A stretch of 64,000 nt of DNA from Lepidodermella squamata (taxonomy: Eukaryota > Animalia > Gastrotricha). The position numbers and the translations under genes are program-made. The notes under the pieces are model-generated. The model was not told the DNA's origin, ran no database searches, and was given only the letters and a program-made list of their open reading frames with translations. The stretch lies in assembly GCA_047495785.1 (NCBI GenBank), contig JBLDXI010000033.1, positions 2,418,001 through 2,482,000 on the forward strand. Reading direction: 5' to 3'. Positions 26,400 through 37,000 of the stretch are shown piece by piece (within the stretch, counting starts at the first letter, position 1; every line of letters starts with the position of its first letter).

Positions 26400-27127
26400 A
26401 TATCCTATAAAACTTGGAGTTATTAAATACGATACCTTTTATCAAGCTTTTCCCGGTCTATGGCTAACTTTTGTTAATGGAAACAGTTGGCGTATACACT
26501 GTTAGCTAACAACATCAGGTGGATTTTGTAAAATCGATCGTGAAGTTGATTGCCAACTCAGGTCGGTTTTGTATGGCAATGAAATTATGTGAAATTATAT
26601 AGTTATACGGCCATCAGAAACTGAGATGCACGCGATTCACATGAGAGTCCCTTGTAAACAGAAATGAGCGTGCTTTCTGCGCAAATCTCTGACAATTTTG
26701 CCTGAATTCTGATGCCAATATTTCTGCAATCTGGTTTCACCGATTCGATTATAATTCCATTGCTATACGCGCGCAGCCCTCTGATCTGATCATTACAGCT
26801 AACAGTGTATCGATCGACTGTTCTTTACCTTCCAATGAATACTTGCATGCTAATAATCCTGACTACTCAACTGTTCCTCCTCAGTTTTTATTTCGCTTGC
26901 TCCTGTCACCATCCCGAAATCTTTAGTTCGATGATACTATTATTTCCTGTAACAACTTGATGCCAAATAAGTTTGCATATTTGGGAGACACGCGTTTTAT
27001 GTACGACAAACCATTAGCCGATCGTGTATCATCTCTGAATCTAGTTTTGGTTGAGTCTTTTCTTCTGAATTGTAACCAACTTGTTGCTTCAAATCGGTCA
27101 CACTTAGGAGGATGCGAATGCTATTGA
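26400..27127 (+). pseudogene. Decayed ORF of unknown family; second partial copy at ~32996-33414
   Basis: 26708-27127 reads about 140 codons (SDANISAIWFHRFD...SHLGGCECY*) with one internal stop, and further broken frames lie upstream. The second copy has an extra frameshift. Confidence 0.4.
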
Positions 27128-27439
27128 TTGATATGAATTGTTTCTTCTGTATTCACAATTGTTACATGTTTCAATGAGCAAGTCGTTCTCTCCTTCATTT
27201 GTTCCTCTCTTCATTCGCTCGTTATGGCAAATTATCGAATTTGAAGTATCTTCGGACAGCTTTTGATGAGACGTGGAAAATATTATAAAATGCTATTAAA
27301 AACAGCGCTTGTTCTTGGGCCGTTTTCTTGGCCGAAATGATTAAAGGTCATTTAATACTTGAGTCGAAAATAAGATTTCAATGACACTAAAATGCTAATC
27401 TTTTGTTTCGCTTAGTGTTTTACAAAAAAGTTTGAGTTC

Positions 27440-27672
27440 ATGGGTAGCTGCGTATCTCGAAAGGAGCGACAGCCGTCGCAAATTTGGCTACAGCCGTTAA
27501 CAATTTAAAGACTCAGGTTGAAGCTGGATTCTTGGCGACGAACGCCCGCATCGACACAACGAACGCCGCGACGAACGCCCGCATCGACGCGACAAATGCC
27601 CGACTTGACGCGCTTGGCAGCCGTCTTAATAATGCGGAGAACGCAATTGCATTAATTGCTGCTCCTCCCCAG
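27440..27672 (+). pseudogene. Frameshifted copy of small lipidation-motif coiled-coil gene
   Basis: The ATG frame reads MGSCVSRKERQPSQIWLQPLTI*; the coiled coil is in another frame and exon 2 is missing. Confidence 0.75.
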
Positions 27673-28247
27673 GTATGGTCTCAATTTGTTGAATCTGTTG
27701 AAAATCGGTCACACTTAGGAGGATGCGAATGCAATTGATTGATATGAATTGTTTCTTCTACATTTACAATTGTTACATGTTTCAATGAGCAAGTCGTTCT
27801 CTCCTTCGTTGCTCCTCTCTTCATTCGCTCATTATGGCAATGCGTTTTTTTTTGTTTTAATGGCTATTAAAGCATATATATAGCCGTACTTGATCTAGAC
27901 GATCTCATATTTGATTTGACATATTATAACATTATTTAATAGTGTAATGTTTGCATATTTCACATGCATGAGAGTCTCTTGCAACCAGAAATGAGCGTGC
28001 TTTCTGCGCATATCTCTGACAATTTTGTTACATGTTTCAATGAGCAAGTCGTTCTCTCCTTCATTTGTTCCTCTCTTCATTCGCTCGTTATGGCAAATTA
28101 TCGAATTTGAAGTATCTTCGGACAGCTTTTGATGAGACGTGGAAAATATTATAAAATGCTATTAAAAACAGCGCTTGTTCTTGGGCCGTTTTCTTGGCCG
28201 AAATGATTAAAGGTCATTTGATACTTGAGTCGAAAATAAGATTTATT

Positions 28248-29634
28248 TATCCGTTGAGCATTCGTTGAGCAGAATTATTTCCCGTGCTCAATATAATTGT
28301 GCACTGTTAAGCATTTCGTTGTGCAGTCATTGTGCAGCCTTTAGGCGATTGAGCAGTCATTGAGCAGTCATTGCGCTGTCATTGCGCAGTCATTAAGCAT
28401 TCGAGTAGCGAACGTTGAGCACTTTGGGCAGTGTTTACGCACCCATTGTGCAATCATCAATTTTCGCTTTAAGCACTCGTTGAGCAGTCAAATTTTTAAA
28501 AATTGCAGAGAAATTCATAAAAATCCGTCAGGGCGGGAAATCGAACCAGTGACTTTGAAGATCGAGGCCTGCAATCGAATCGATTGCGCCACTGGTTCGC
28601 TTCGAAAATCAATCACAAAAAACCGATTTAGCGTGGATTTTTTATATTTTGCCGTATTGGCAGTAGGCACCACTGCCGTCATTGGCCGTTTTTTTACAAA
28701 CGGCCAGTTTCGGGATTCGGCAGTATTGCCATTTGCCAGTATAAATTCATAGAAAGTAAAAAAAAACAAAAAAACCAATGAAAAATCGGTCGTGACCGGG
28801 AATCGAACCAGTGACTTTGAACATCGAGGCCTGCAATCGAATCGATTGCGCCACTGGTTCGCTTCGAAAATCAATCACAAAAAACCGATTTAGCGTGGAT
28901 TTTTTATATTTTGCCGTATTGGCAGTAGGCACCACTGCCGTCATTGGCCGTTTTTTTACAAACGGCCAGTTTCGGGATTCGGCAGTATTGCCATTTGCCA
29001 GTATAAATTCATAGAAAGTAAAAAAAAACAAAAAAACCAATGAAAAATCGGTCGTGACCGGGAATCGAACCAGTGACTTTGAACATCGAGGCCTGCAATC
29101 GAATCGATTGCGCCACTGGTTCGCTTCGAAAATCAATCACAAAAAACCGATTTAGCGTGGATTTTTTATATTTTGCCGTATTGGCAGTAGGCACCACTGC
29201 CGTCATTGGCCGTTTTTTTACAAACGGCCAGTTTCGGGATTCGGCAGTATTGCCATTTGCCAGTATAAATTCATAGAAAGTAAAAAAAAACAAAAAAACC
29301 AATGAAAAATCGGTCGTGACCGGGAATCGAACCAGTGACTTTGAACATCGAGGCCTGCAATCGAATCGATTGCGCCACTGGTATCGGGTTGATATCGGAA
29401 CCAGAAATTGACTGATCAATGACTTGGTATATTTTCAATAATTATTGGTGTGCTCAACGCGTGTCATACGACGTGTTAAGCACATTTTGAGCACATTTTG
29501 AGCACTTTTTGATGATTCATCCTCTGGTTAAGCTCTAGTTGTTCACGAATTGAGCGCAAATTGTGCACTGCTTTAGCACACGTTGAGCAAATTGAGCACA
29601 GGTTTAGCAATTGAGCAAAAATGCTCAACGGATA
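28248..29634. mobile_element. Non-autonomous TIR DNA transposon (1387 bp) inserted in one array unit
   Basis: Perfect 15-bp TIRs TATCCGTTGAGCATT (28248-28262) and AATGCTCAACGGATA (29620-29634). Many subterminal TTGAGCA motifs. Absent from sister units, whose empty site is AATAAGATTTCAATG. Candidate TSD TTTATT. No transposase. Confidence 0.9.
28536..29382 (-). repeat. 262-bp tandem repeat (~3.2 copies) containing tRNA-like A-box/B-box cassettes
   Basis: GGGAATCGAACC at 28798, 29060 and 29322, with a variant at 28536. The minus strand reads GTGGCGCAATCG...GGTTCGATTCCC followed by T-runs. Confidence 0.88.
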
Positions 29635-29704
29635 TTTATTATTCAATGACACTAAAATGCTAATCTTTTGTTTCGCTTAGTGTTTTACAAAAAAGTTTGA
29701 GTTC

Positions 29705-29937
29705 ATGGGTAGCTGCGTATCTCGAAACGAGCGACAGCCGTCGCAAATTTGGCTACAGCCGTTAACAATTTAAAGACTCAGGTTGAAGCTGGATTCTTGG
29801 CGACGAACGCCCGCATCGACACAACGAACGCCGCGACGAACGCCCGCATCGACGCGACAAATGCCCGACTTGACGCGCTTGGCAGCCGTCTTAATAATGC
29901 GGAGAACGCAATTGCATTAATTGCTGCTCCTCCCCAG
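29705..29937 (+). pseudogene. Frameshifted copy of small coiled-coil gene
   Basis: Same lesion as the 27440 copy; one substitution near the 5' end (AAC for AAG). Confidence 0.75.
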
Positions 29938-30565
29938 GTATGGTCTCAATTTGTTGAATCTGTTGAAAATCGGTCACACTTAGGAGGATGCGAATGCAAT
30001 TGATTGATATGAATTGTTTCTTCTACATTTACAATTGTTACATGTTTCAATGAGCAAGTCGTTCTCTCCTTCGTTGCTCCTCTCTTCATTCGCTCATTAT
30101 GGCAATGCGTTTTTTTTTGTTTTAATGGCTATTAAAGCATATATATAGCCGTACTTGATCTAGACGATCTCATATTTGATTTGACATATTATAATATTAT
30201 TTAATAGTGTAATGTTTGCATATTTCACATGAATATCTCTTGCAACCAGAAATGAGCGTGCTTTCTGCGCATATCTCTGACAATTTTGTTACATTTTCAA
30301 TGAGCAAGTCGTTCTCTCCTTCATTTGTTCCTCTCTTCATTCGCTCGTTATGGCAAATTATCGAATTTGAAGTATCTTCGGACAGCTTTTGATGAGACGT
30401 GGAAAATATTATAAAATGCTATTAAAAACAGCGCTTGTTCTTGGGCCGTTTTCTTGGCCGAAATGATTAAAGGTCATTTAATACTTGAGTCGAAAATAAG
30501 ATTTCAATGACACTAAAATGCTAATCTTTTGTTTCGCTTAGTGTTTTACAAAAAAGTTTGAGTTC

Positions 30566-30798
30566 ATGGGTAGCTGCGTATCTCGAAAGGAGCGACAGCC
30601 GTCGCAAATTTGGCTACAGCCGTTAACAATTTAAAGACTCAGGTTGAAGCTGGATTCTTGGCGACGAACGCCCGCATCGACACAACGAACGCCGCGACGA
30701 ACGCCCGCATCGACGCGACAAATGCCCGACTTGACGCGCTTGGCAGCCGTCTTAATAATGCGGAGAACGCAATTGCATTAATTGCTGCTCCTCCCCAG
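30566..30798 (+). pseudogene. Frameshifted copy of small coiled-coil gene
   Basis: Same sequence and lesion as the 27440 copy. Confidence 0.75.
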
Positions 30799-31430
30799 GT
30801 ATGGTCTCAATTTGTTGAATCTGTTGAAAATCGGTCACACTTAGGAGGATGCGAATGCAATTGATTGATATGAATTGTTTCTTCTACATTTACAATTGTT
30901 ACATGTTTCAATGAGCAAGTCGTTCTCTCCTTCGTTGCTCCTCTCTTCATTCGCTCATTATGGCAATGCGTTTTTTTTTGTTTTAATGGCTATTAAAGCA
31001 TATATATAGCCGTACTTGATCTAGACGATCTCATATTTGATTTGACATATTATAACATTATTTAATAGTGTAATGTTTGCATATTTCACATGCATGAGAG
31101 TCTCTTGCAACCAGAAATGAGCGTGCTTTCTGCGCATATCTCTGACAATTTTGTTACATTTTCAATGAGCAAGTCGTTCTCTCCTTCATTTGTTCCTCTC
31201 TTCATTCGCTCGTTATGGCAAATTATCGAATTTGAAGTATCTTCGGACAGCTTTTGATGAGACGTGGAAAATATTATAAAATGCTATTAAAAACAGCGCT
31301 TGTTCTTGGGCCGTTTTCTTGGCCGAAATGATTAAAGGTCATTTAATACTTGAGTCGAAAATAAGATTTCAATGACACTAAAATGCTAATCTTTTGTTTC
31401 GCTTAGTGTTTTACAAAAAAGTTTGAGTTC

Positions 31431-31663
31431 ATGGGTAGCTGCGTATCTCGAAAGGAGCGACAGCCGTCGCAAATTTGGCTACAGCCGTTAACAATTTAAA
31501 GACTCAGGTTGAAGCTGGATTCTTGGCGACGAACGCCCGCATCGACACAACGAACGCCGCGACGAACGCCCGCATCGACGCGACAAATGCCCGACTTGAC
31601 GCGCTTGGCAGCCGTCTTAATAATGCGGAGAACGCAATTGCATTAATTGCTGCTCCTCCCCAG
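31431..31663 (+). pseudogene. Frameshifted copy of small coiled-coil gene
   Basis: Same sequence and lesion as the 27440 copy. Confidence 0.75.
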
Positions 31664-32295
31664 GTATGGTCTCAATTTGTTGAATCTGTTGAAAATCGGT
31701 CACACTTAGGAGGATGCGAATGCAATTGATTGATATGAATTGTTTCTTCTACATTTACAATTGTTACATGTTTCAATGAGCAAGTCGTTCTCTCCTTCGT
31801 TGCTCCTCTCTTCATTCGCTCATTATGGCAATGCGTTTTTTTTTGTTTTAATGGCTATTAAAGCATATATATAGCCGTACTTGATCTAGACGATCTCATA
31901 TTTGATTTGACATATTATAACATTATTTAATAGTGTAATGTTTGCATATTTCACATGCATGAGAGTCTCTTGCAACCAGAAATGAGCGTGCTTTCTGCGC
32001 ATATCTCTGACAATTTTGTTACATTTTCAATGAGCAAGTCGTTCTCTCCTTCATTTGTTCCTCTCTTCATTCGCTCGTTATGGCAAATTATCGAATTTGA
32101 AGTATCTTCGGACAGCTTTTGATGAGACGTGGAAAATATTATAAAATGCTATTAAAAACAGCGCTTGTTCTTGGGCCGTTTTCTTGGCCGAAATGATTAA
32201 AGGTCATTTAATACTTGAGTCGAAAATAAGATTTCAATGACACTAAAATGCTAATCTTTTGTTTCGCTTAGTGTTTTACAAAAAAGTTTGAGTTC

Positions 32296-32648
32296 ATGGG
32301 TAGCTGCTTATCTCGAAAGGAGGTTGACGATTTGGCGAAGAAGGTTGACGATTTGGCGACAGCCGTCAACAATTTAAAGACTCAGGTTGAAGCTGGATTC
32401 TTGGCGACGAACGCCCGCATCGACACCACGAACGCCGCGACGAACGCCCGCATCGATGCGACAAACGCCGCGACAAATGCTCGCCTTGACGCCCTAGGTA
32501 GCCGCATTAATGATGTGGAGAATGCTTTAATTGCTGCTCCTCCCCAGGTATGGTCGCAATTTATTGAATCTGCTCAATTTTTACACACACACACTCATAA
32601 TTTCAGGTTTGTCAAAAAATGATTTATCGCCGTCGACGACAATATTAA
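32296..32648 (+). CDS. Small (97 aa) coiled-coil protein with MGSCLS lipidation motif and Arg-rich tail
   Basis: Exon 1 32296-32547, intron 32548-32606 (GTATGG...TTTCAG), exon 2 VCQKMIYRRRRQY*. AATAAA at ~32698. Confidence 0.7.
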
Positions 32649-34220
32649 TACTTCATGTTTTGCAGAGTAAGTTATCTGTTTTGATTTGTTCATAGTTAAT
32701 AAAGCAGATTTTTACTGCAGTTCCTGACCTGCTTGCTGGCGCCGTCGACTTACCACTCGATTTCGACGAAGAACTAATATTCCTTATGGAATAAACTTTT
32801 TGAAAATTGTATCGACTCGAGCTCTTTCCATAAATCAACTGCTCATACTGGGACAAAATTATTATGATACGAATGTTATTGATTTATATTAATTGTTTCT
32901 TTTTTATTTAAAATTGTTACATGTTTCAATGAGCAAGTCGTTCTCTCCTTCATTGCTCTTCTCTTCATTCGCTCATTATGGCAACACGTTTGAAATCTGA
33001 TGCCAATATTTCTGTAATCTGGTTTCACTGGTTTGATTATGATTCCATTGCTATACGCGCGCAGCCCTCTGATCTGATCATTACAGCTAACGGTGTATCG
33101 TCGGCTGTTCTTTTCCTTCCAATGAATACTTGCATGTTAATAATCCTGATTACTCAACTGTTCGTCCTCAGTTTATATTTCGCTTGCGCCTGTCACCATT
33201 CCGAAATCTTTAGTTCGATGATACTATTATTTCATTTAAAAACTTGATGCCAAATAAGTTTGCATATTTGGGAGACACGCGTTTTATGTACGACAAACCA
33301 TTAGCCGATCTTGTATCATCTCTGAATCTAGTTTTGTTTGAGTCTTTTCTTCTGAATTGTAACCAACTTGTTGCTTCAAATCGGTCACACTTAGGAGGAT
33401 ACGAATGCTATTGATTGATATGAATTGTTTCTTCTGTATTCACAATTGTTACATGTTTCAATGAGCAAGTCGTTCTCTCCTTCATTTGTTCCTCTCTTCA
33501 TTCGCTCATTATGGCAATACGTTTTTTGTTTTAATGGCTATTAAAGCATATATATAGCCGTACTTGATCTAGACGATCTCATATTTGATTTGACATATTA
33601 TAATATTATTTAATAGTGTAATGTTTGCATATTTCACATGAATATCTCTTGCAACCAGAAATGAGCGTGCTTTCTGCGCATATCTCTGACAATTTTGTTA
33701 CATTTTTCAATGAGCAAGTCGTTCTCTCCTTCATTGCTCCTCTCTTCATTCGCTCATTATGGCAATACGTTTTTTGTTTTAATGGCTATTAAAGCATATA
33801 TATAGCCGTACTTGATCTAGACGATCTCATATTTGATTTGACATATTATAATATTATTTAATAGTGTAATGTTTGCATATTTCACATGAATATCTCTTGC
33901 AACCAGAAATGAGCGTGCTTTCTGCGCATATCTCTGACAATTTTGTTACATTTTCAATGAGCAAGTCGTTCTCTCCTTCATTTGTTCCTCTCTTCATTCG
34001 CTCGTTATGGCAAATTATCGAATTTGAAGTATCTTCGGACAGCTTTTGATGAGACGTGGAAAATATTATAAAATGCTATTAAAAACAACGCTTGTTCTTG
34101 GGCCGTTTCTTGGCCGAAATGATTAAAGGTCATTTAATACTTGAGTCGAAAATAAGATTTCAATGACACTAAAATGCTAATCTTTTGTATCTCATAGTGT
34201 TTTACAATATTGTTGAGTCA

Positions 34221-34580
34221 ATGGGCAACTGCGATTCGAGAAAGAAGAAGGTGGACAATTTGGCGGTAGCCGTCAAAAATTTGGCGGTAGCAGTCGAAAA
34301 TTTGACGGCAACCGTCCACCGTGGGTTCGAGGCCATCAATAATCTCAACGACGCGACGAACGCCCGCATCGACGCGACGAATGCCCGCCTCGACACGTTA
34401 GAAGGACGACTAGAACCGTTTGAAAGACGACTCGACACGTTGGACAGATTAATTCCGCTAATTGCTGCTCCTCCCCAGGTATGGTCACAATTTGTTGAAT
34501 CTGCTCAATTTATACACACACACTAATAATTTCAGGTGAGTCAAAAATTTGTGCAACGACGTAACCGCCGGCACGATTAA
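34221..34580 (+). CDS. Small (100 aa) coiled-coil paralog with MGNCDS motif and Arg-rich tail
   Basis: Exon 1 34221-34478, intron 34479-34535, exon 2 VSQKFVQRRNRRHD*. Diverged from the 32296 copy but the frame, lipidation motif and intron position are conserved. Confidence 0.7.
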
Positions 34581-34888
34581 TTTTTGTCCCGCTCGAGGTA
34601 AGTTGATTTTTTTTCTTGATGTTACCGCCGCTGCCGTTGATCTCGGCTATCTCATTTAATATGAATATTCATCTTGTTGATCCTTGGTTGCTCAAAACTT
34701 TTTGACGTTGTTTGTTAATTGAATTGTTGTTGCTCACTTTTCTCTGTTTTCTTGTATAAGTGATGCCTTTCTTGGCCTAGCTGAATATATCGCGAATTGA
34801 TTGAAAAGTACATTGATGACCCATTTTTGTTGTTTCTAATAGGTGTTTAAGATTTGAACGTTGATTCAAGCGCTTCTGATTCGTGAAA

Positions 34889-35808
34889 ATGGGGGCAAAA
34901 GGCAGCAAAACTGAGCAAGAAATGCTCACCAAGTACGAAAATGAAACATTTCTGTCAAAAGAAGAAATAACACAGTAAGCGAATTCGCGCATCTCGAAAA
35001 TGTTCGAACTTGAGCATATTTTTGTATTTCATCAGTGCTTATCGAATATTCGCATCGTTTTTCCCGGGCAACGTGGTACCTTCACTTGACTTTTCGCGAG
35101 TTTCAATGGTAGATCTGATGGAAAAGTTGCCGTTTTTGAAGGTATTTAATTTGATTTTGATGAAAGCGAAACTTTATCGTGAAAAACACAGTTTAACCCG
35201 TTTCGAGATCGGATAACCGCAGTGTTTTCGACCTACCCAGCTACATCGCCGAGTGATGGCACTAGTTTCAGCGTAACTACCCCTAACCGAGGTGAAATGC
35301 ATCTGTCACCGAGTGGCAGGCAGTTGGCTGCAACCGGCGGTTCTTGGTGCTTCGACGACTTTGTCCACTTTTTATCTGCCTTCAACGAAAAAGCGCCCGT
35401 GGGCCTGAAACACGAAGTCGCGTTTTGTATTTACGACAGCGACGGAGACGGCCACATCGGCGAGGCTGATTTGCTAAATGTCGTCCAGCGGCTGGTTGGC
35501 GATTTCAATGTCGACAACAACAGTGCGCTTCAAATCAATCAATCTGGCGAAGCCGGTGCTAACCCGTACGATGTTCACAGTTCGGAAAAATTGAAAGATG
35601 ACGAGTACACTCAAATTGTTGAACAAGTCTTTCACGAGGCCGATTTGGATCGCGATCGTCGAATGGGCCTAAAAGAATTCACGAATACAATGGGGAAATT
35701 TCCAGACTTTGCAAGGTAACATTTTCGCGAGTAAAATGTTGTCATGACATGACGCATTTTTGTGTTTCTAGGCATTTCTGCGTCCCATCGCTGCAAAACT
35801 ATGTGTGA
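34889..35808 (+). CDS. Calcium- and integrin-binding (CIB) family EF-hand protein
   Basis: MGAKGS N-terminus, TFLSKEEI, NPFRDRI, FDDFVHFLSAF, AFCIYDSDGDGHIG, EADLDRD and PDF motifs. 4 exons. Confidence 0.85.
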
Positions 35809-37000
35809 AATTATCGAGAAGGAAACTCATTATAAAGTATTCTCATGGAAGAGCGTTGTTCTGATTTTTTATTGCTGAAATTTCATGTCTTCATTCAAAT
35901 TTTTTCCACTAATTCTAACATGACTGCAATTTTGAATAAAGATTATTATTACTCGAAACTGTGGGATTCATTTTTCTGAAATAGGGACGGAGTTGGAAAA
36001 CCGCTGAAGCGAAGGAGAGTGGGAAAATATTAGTGTCAGCGGATGTGATGATAATTGCACAGTGGTTACTCCCATCGTCGTACAAAGATTAAGCGTGAAT
36101 TTTATCGCAGTGTGTATGCATTATCAAATCTCGAGGAAATGTGACAGAAGGCGAAATGAGCAGTCGTCGCGCGTTGTTTCCATCCGTTCACGCTCCGCGG
36201 CGTCAAATGATAGGAGATAACAAAAAAACAACGGGAAGAACGCGGCGAAAGTCGCGCAACGAGCACAACATCTGCTGGCCTGCGTTCAATTCGCAATATT
36301 CTTACACACCGATATCATATTATACAAAAGTAGTAAGCTATATGCCGCTTTATGGCTGCTTTTTGCAATGCGAAGGGTGTAGCAACAAAACAGTCTCATA
36401 TAACACAACTCAGCTTGATAATTGTCGCCGGTTGTGTTTCTGCTGATTTCAGCTGGCTGAGCGTGAGTCGGTGTAAAAAGTCGCGATTAGCCCGGCTCTT
36501 ATTACACATCAATAACTTTCGCATTATTATTATCAATATTTATTATTATCACTGCTATTATATTGTTCCGCCTGTTGTGAACTACAGCAAAAGAGCCTAT
36601 CAGCTCGTTGCTATTTAGTCCGCGGCGATAGGACAGCCATCTCCATCAGCCAGCTGCTGTAGGTAGTTGAAGAATAGATTCGTTTACAATGCAGTTCGAT
36701 CTAGGTCATGATAGCTAATTCTTTCAAGTTGATAATAGCGGGATGGACCCTTGCCCGCTAGACGAATAGGTAACTCGTAACGCCATTAGATTATTAGATG
36801 ACGCGAATTTGTGTCATCTCATTAGCTGCACAGATCAAAGTGTCCTCAAGGCTTCATCCTACTTTTTGCTGAACCCAGCTCAAGCTGAAAAACTCCCCAT
36901 TTTACTACCTTCTACAGCTTTTTGTTTCATTCTATCTTAGCTTCGGTGAAATATGCACAATTTTAATTAATTGTTCTTAGCGTGTATCAATTACCATCAA

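Larger units (their letters stand above)
27157..32547 (+). repeat. Tandem array of ~865-bp near-identical units, each carrying a coiled-coil gene exon
   Basis: ATGGGTAGCTGC occurs at 27440, 29705, 30566, 31431 and 32296. Spacings are 2265 (unit plus insertion), 861, 865 and 865. Partial units continue to ~34200. Confidence 0.97.

Noticed and set aside
27255-27285. Hammerhead ribozyme core (TTGATGAG...GAAA) in the 865-bp unit
   Set aside because: It lacks the CTGA start and no convincing stems I-III can be drawn.
28790-28865. Functional tRNA genes in the 262-bp repeat
   Set aside because: A and B boxes are present, but the acceptor, anticodon and T stems do not pair as a cloverleaf. Treated as tRNA-derived repeats.
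28360-29419. Repeated ORFs of 67-136 aa in the TIR element
   Set aside because: They are by-products of the tandem repeat, with no transposase or other motifs.
32271-32292. Nematode SL1-like AAGTTTGAG just before the coiled-coil ATG
   Set aside because: Only 9 nt match, the paralog at 34200 lacks it, and the gene has an intron so it is not a retrocopy.
27157-34015. CRISPR-like repeat/spacer array
   Set aside because: The context is eukaryotic, the intervening sequences are themselves repeated, and there are no cas genes.
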